A program made the position numbers and the translations under genes. Under the pieces are notes generated by a model. That model was not told the origin of the DNA. It saw nothing but the letters and a program-made list of their open reading frames with translations, and did no database searches. This document shows positions 61,623 to 64,000 of a DNA stretch of 64,000 nt, piece by piece (within the stretch, counting starts at the first letter, position 1; every line of letters starts with the position of its first letter). This DNA comes from Actinomycetes bacterium. GTDB taxonomy: Bacteria; Actinomycetota; Actinomycetes; S36-B12; GCA-2699445. The stretch is taken from NCBI GenBank assembly GCA_022599915.1, contig JAHZLH010000026.1:88201-152200 (forward strand), written 5' to 3'.

Positions 61623-61907
61623 TTGCCAAAGCAGCTACCAAGAAGCGCTGTCGCAAGCCAGGCCGCCTCCGACGTCGCGGCCAGTGAACTGGTCCGATCC
61701 GTGGTGCAGAAACTGTTGATCATGACTGCGATCGCGTCAGTGGTCTTTGCCATCTGGACCACTAGTTCTGGGCCGCACTCCGTGGATACGACGTTGGGAC
61801 CTCCGCTGGTGGCACCACCAGCGGAAATTCAGCTGGCCGAGATCCCGGCCAATGAGTCAACGGGCGACGGTGCAGCGAGCCAAACCAAGAAAAGCAAGCA
61901 GAGGTAA
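61623..61907 (+). CDS. Possible small single-TM protein. Start uncertain: TTG at 61623 with GGGAGG upstream, or GTG at 61701.
   Basis: An in-frame open region with a TM segment (LLIMTAIASVVFAIW) and GC-rich third codon positions. No homology that I recognise. Confidence 0.3.
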   Translation: MPKQLPRSAVASQAASDVAASELVRSVVQKLLIMTAIASVVFAIWTTSSGPHSVDTTLGPPLVAPPAEIQLAEIPANESTGDGAASQTKKSKQR

Positions 61908-61942
61908 GCCAGCCTCAGCACCGGTGCTTCGCTGACGCAGTA

Positions 61943-62503
61943 CTAGTTACTGGGCACCTTTTCTGCCGCTGGATCCGACCAACCACCCAGTTGCTCGCTA
62001 GCAATCTTTTCGGCGATCGACTGCCGCTTCCTGCCCTCGATGTCGATGGTTACGTCCGCAATGCGCTCGTACCAGGGCAGCCGACGCTCCATGATCTCCC
62101 GGACGGAAACTTGATCGCTCAGGATCGGTCGTGCGCCCCGATTAGCCTTGGCCGCAAGCCGATCGAGATCACCAGCCAGAAACACGACTCTTCCCAACTG
62201 CGACAACAGTTCTGCTTTACGTTCGCTGAAGATCTCGCTGCCGGAGTCATCAAGTTCCACCATGATTCCGCCACCACAGTCGACGATCGCTGACTCCATC
62301 GCCAGTAGTTTTTGCAGCACCTGATATTCCACGTCTCGAAAGGCTGACCAGCCCTCCTGCTGGACAAAGTCCGGAATCGACTGCCCAGTCTCGTAGCGGA
62401 CCAGATCATCGGTGGACAGTGCCGGGCGCTTGCTGATCAGCGCCAACCGGCGGGAGACGTTCGACTTGCCGGCGCCTCGCATGCCTACGATGACAAGATT
62501 CAT
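61943..62503 (-). CDS. aroK: Shikimate kinase-like P-loop kinase
   Basis: Motifs VGMRGAGKS, STDD, DCGGG and RPIL align with AroK motifs. Start moved to the ATG at 62503, which has a GGAGG SD. The track ORF extends to 62620. Confidence 0.6.
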   Translation of the reverse strand: MNLVIVGMRGAGKSNVSRRLALISKRPALSTDDLVRYETGQSIPDFVQQEGWSAFRDVEYQVLQKLLAMESAIVDCGGGIMVELDDSGSEIFSERKAELLSQLGRVVFLAGDLDRLAAKANRGARPILSDQVSVREIMERRLPWYERIADVTIDIEGRKRQSIAEKIASEQLGGWSDPAAEKVPSN

Positions 62504-62572
62504 CGACGATCCTCCACTGGCAGTTTCGTCGGCTAACTTCCCTCGATTGAGGAAGCGACCGATCCCGCTAGT

Positions 62573-63091
62573 GTGGCAGCCATGCTCTACCGCAACCTCA
62601 TGCGGTCGCTCGGCCAGCAACGGTGGTTTGCCGCGGTGGCTGCTCGACTAGCGCCGTGGGACGCGCGGGTATTACGCCGCACGCACGGTCGATTCGGGTT
62701 GCTGGGAAACTACGGTCTACCGCAGTGCCTACTGACGACGACCGGCCGCAAGTCGGGGCAACCCCGAGCTGTAACGCTGCTTTATGGCCGACGAGGGGAC
62801 GACTTCGTGCTGGTTGGATCCAACTTCGGGCAAAGCCATCACCCCGCTTGGGCGCTGAACTTGGTTGATCAACCTTCGGCGGTACTCACCATCGCGGGGC
62901 GCGAACTTCCGGTCACTGCTCGACTCGTGACCGACCCCACCGAGCGGGAAGAGATTTGGCAAGTCATGTACGAATTATGGCCAGCCTATTTGGCCTACCG
63001 CGGCAGAGCAGGCCGCGAGATCAAGCTCTTCCTGCTTACCCCGGCCGCGGACCAGCGCGATGTCCACCCGCACGAAGGGCCTCCTCGGTGA
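62573..63091 (+). CDS. Deazaflavin (F420)-dependent nitroreductase family protein (DUF385)
   Basis: Motifs TTGRKSGQPR and VGSNFGQSHHPAWALNL. Start may be the ATG at 62582. Confidence 0.75.
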   Translation: MAAMLYRNLMRSLGQQRWFAAVAARLAPWDARVLRRTHGRFGLLGNYGLPQCLLTTTGRKSGQPRAVTLLYGRRGDDFVLVGSNFGQSHHPAWALNLVDQPSAVLTIAGRELPVTARLVTDPTEREEIWQVMYELWPAYLAYRGRAGREIKLFLLTPAADQRDVHPHEGPPR

Positions 63092-63620
63092 GGGTGCCCA
63101 CGACGGTGAGATTGCGATAGCGCTCGGCGAAGTCCAATCCGTAGCCCACGACAAACTCGTTGGGAATATCGAAGCCCAGATATTCCGGATCGATATCCAC
63201 TTCCAGCGCCTCTCGCTTTCGCAGCAACGCACAGACTTCCAGCGAGGCTGGTTTGCGCGCCGACAACGTACGTAGCAGCCATGACAGCGTCAACCCGGAA
63301 TCGATGATGTCTTCGACGACTACGACCCGCCGACCAGCGATGTCGAGGTCGAGGTCTTTAAGGATTCGCACCACCCCAGAGGACTTGGTGCCATAGCCGT
63401 AGGTGGACACCACCATGAAGTCCAGTTCTACCGGGGCCGGCATCGCCCGCGACAAGTCGGCCATAAACATGAAGGCGCCCTTAAGTACGCCAACAAAAAC
63501 CACATCACCCTCGGGATGCGCCGCATGAATTTCCGCTGCGAGTTCGCCTACTCGGCGATCGAGCGTTTCTTGATCGATGAGGACCTCTGCTAGATCCTCA
63601 CCCGCATCACCCGGGTTCAT
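63036..63620 (-). CDS. hpt: Hypoxanthine phosphoribosyltransferase
   Basis: PRPP motif VVVVEDIIDSGLTL. Its ATG overlaps the tilS stop by 4 nt. Confidence 0.9.
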   Translation of the reverse strand: MNPGDAGEDLAEVLIDQETLDRRVGELAAEIHAAHPEGDVVFVGVLKGAFMFMADLSRAMPAPVELDFMVVSTYGYGTKSSGVVRILKDLDLDIAGRRVVVVEDIIDSGLTLSWLLRTLSARKPASLEVCALLRKREALEVDIDPEYLGFDIPNEFVVGYGLDFAERYRNLTVVGTLTEEALRAGGHRAGPRPG

Positions 63621-64000
63621 TCGCTACCCCCATCCGGGTTGTAACCATCAGCAACGAGGGTGCCACATGAACGCCCTATGTTGACACTTCCAGGTAAATG
63701 CAGGGGACCCTGACCGTGCCAATGGGTGACTAATTCCGCAACGGAGCGGACATGATCCAGGGTCAGATCTTGCGCTGGACATCCCACCGCCAGCAACCAT
63801 CGCCGCAGCACTCGCCACCTAATCGCCTCGGGGAGCTCCACTAGGTCTTCCACATTCATCCCAGCCGCAGCCACCCGAGCAAACTCGCTAGTTGCCCAGT
63901 CATCGAGGGCATCCGCATCAGCGCGAGCCAGGAGTGCCGTCCGTCGCAGTCCGGCACCGATCCCGGGACCAAGTTGCTCAGTCAGCATTGGCAGCACAGT
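63617..64000 (-). CDS. tilS: tRNA(Ile)-lysidine synthase, C-terminal part (the gene continues beyond the right edge)
   Basis: Sits immediately upstream of hpt, as in most bacteria. Sequence is typical of the TilS substrate-binding region. Open to position 64000. Confidence 0.7.
   Translation of the reverse strand, partial: TVLPMLTEQLGPGIGAGLRRTALLARADADALDDWATSEFARVAAAGMNVEDLVELPEAIRWRVLRRWLLAVGCPAQDLTLDHVRSVAELVTHWHGQGPLHLPGSVNIGRSCGTLVADGYNPDGGSE

Overview
This window looks like high-GC (judged by eye, not computed) Actinomycetota chromosomal core. It holds about 65 protein-coding genes on both strands. I see no rRNA, tRNA, CRISPR array, transposase, integrase or prophage signature.

The content is almost entirely housekeeping:
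- Envelope and lysine/DAP genes: tatB, htrA, dapE, dapD and a dapC-like aminotransferase.
- Central metabolism: citrate synthase, class I fumarase, ispH, uppS, and a ferredoxin-pheA-tyrA-aminotransferase operon.
- Peptide uptake: an S9 peptidase and a five-gene peptide ABC importer, next to mshB.
- DNA and translation genes: ychF, rmuC, xseAB, PhoH2, greA, radA, mutY, clpC, hpt, ribosomal protein bS22 and the 3' end of tilS.
- Other operons: a DrrAB-like ABC exporter, an acyl-CoA ligase, lipid genes, proline dehydrogenase-proC-acuC, and Ppx/P-type ATPase/TIM-barrel/TetR.

From memory, the gene order resembles three M. tuberculosis blocks joined together: Rv1224-Rv1080c-like, Rv0505c-Rv0495c-like and Rv3585-Rv3625c-like.

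Many ORF-track entries are antisense shadows. At least eight real genes have over-extended N-termini in the track. Two real genes shorter than 60 aa are missing from the track: the DUF3117 protein and bS22.

I did not find a convincing multi-gene novel system. The best candidate for something undescribed is a roughly 1.6 kb non-core islet at 23.9-25.5 kb. It contains an AT-rich tract, a micro-ORF with a strong Shine-Dalgarno (SD) site, a 15-bp perfect hairpin and an orphan exported Cys/His protein with a Pro/Thr linker. Secondary points are three unusual translationally coupled operon fusions: fdxA-pheA-tyrA-aminotransferase, PRODH-proC-acuC, and ppx-ATPase-TIM barrel.
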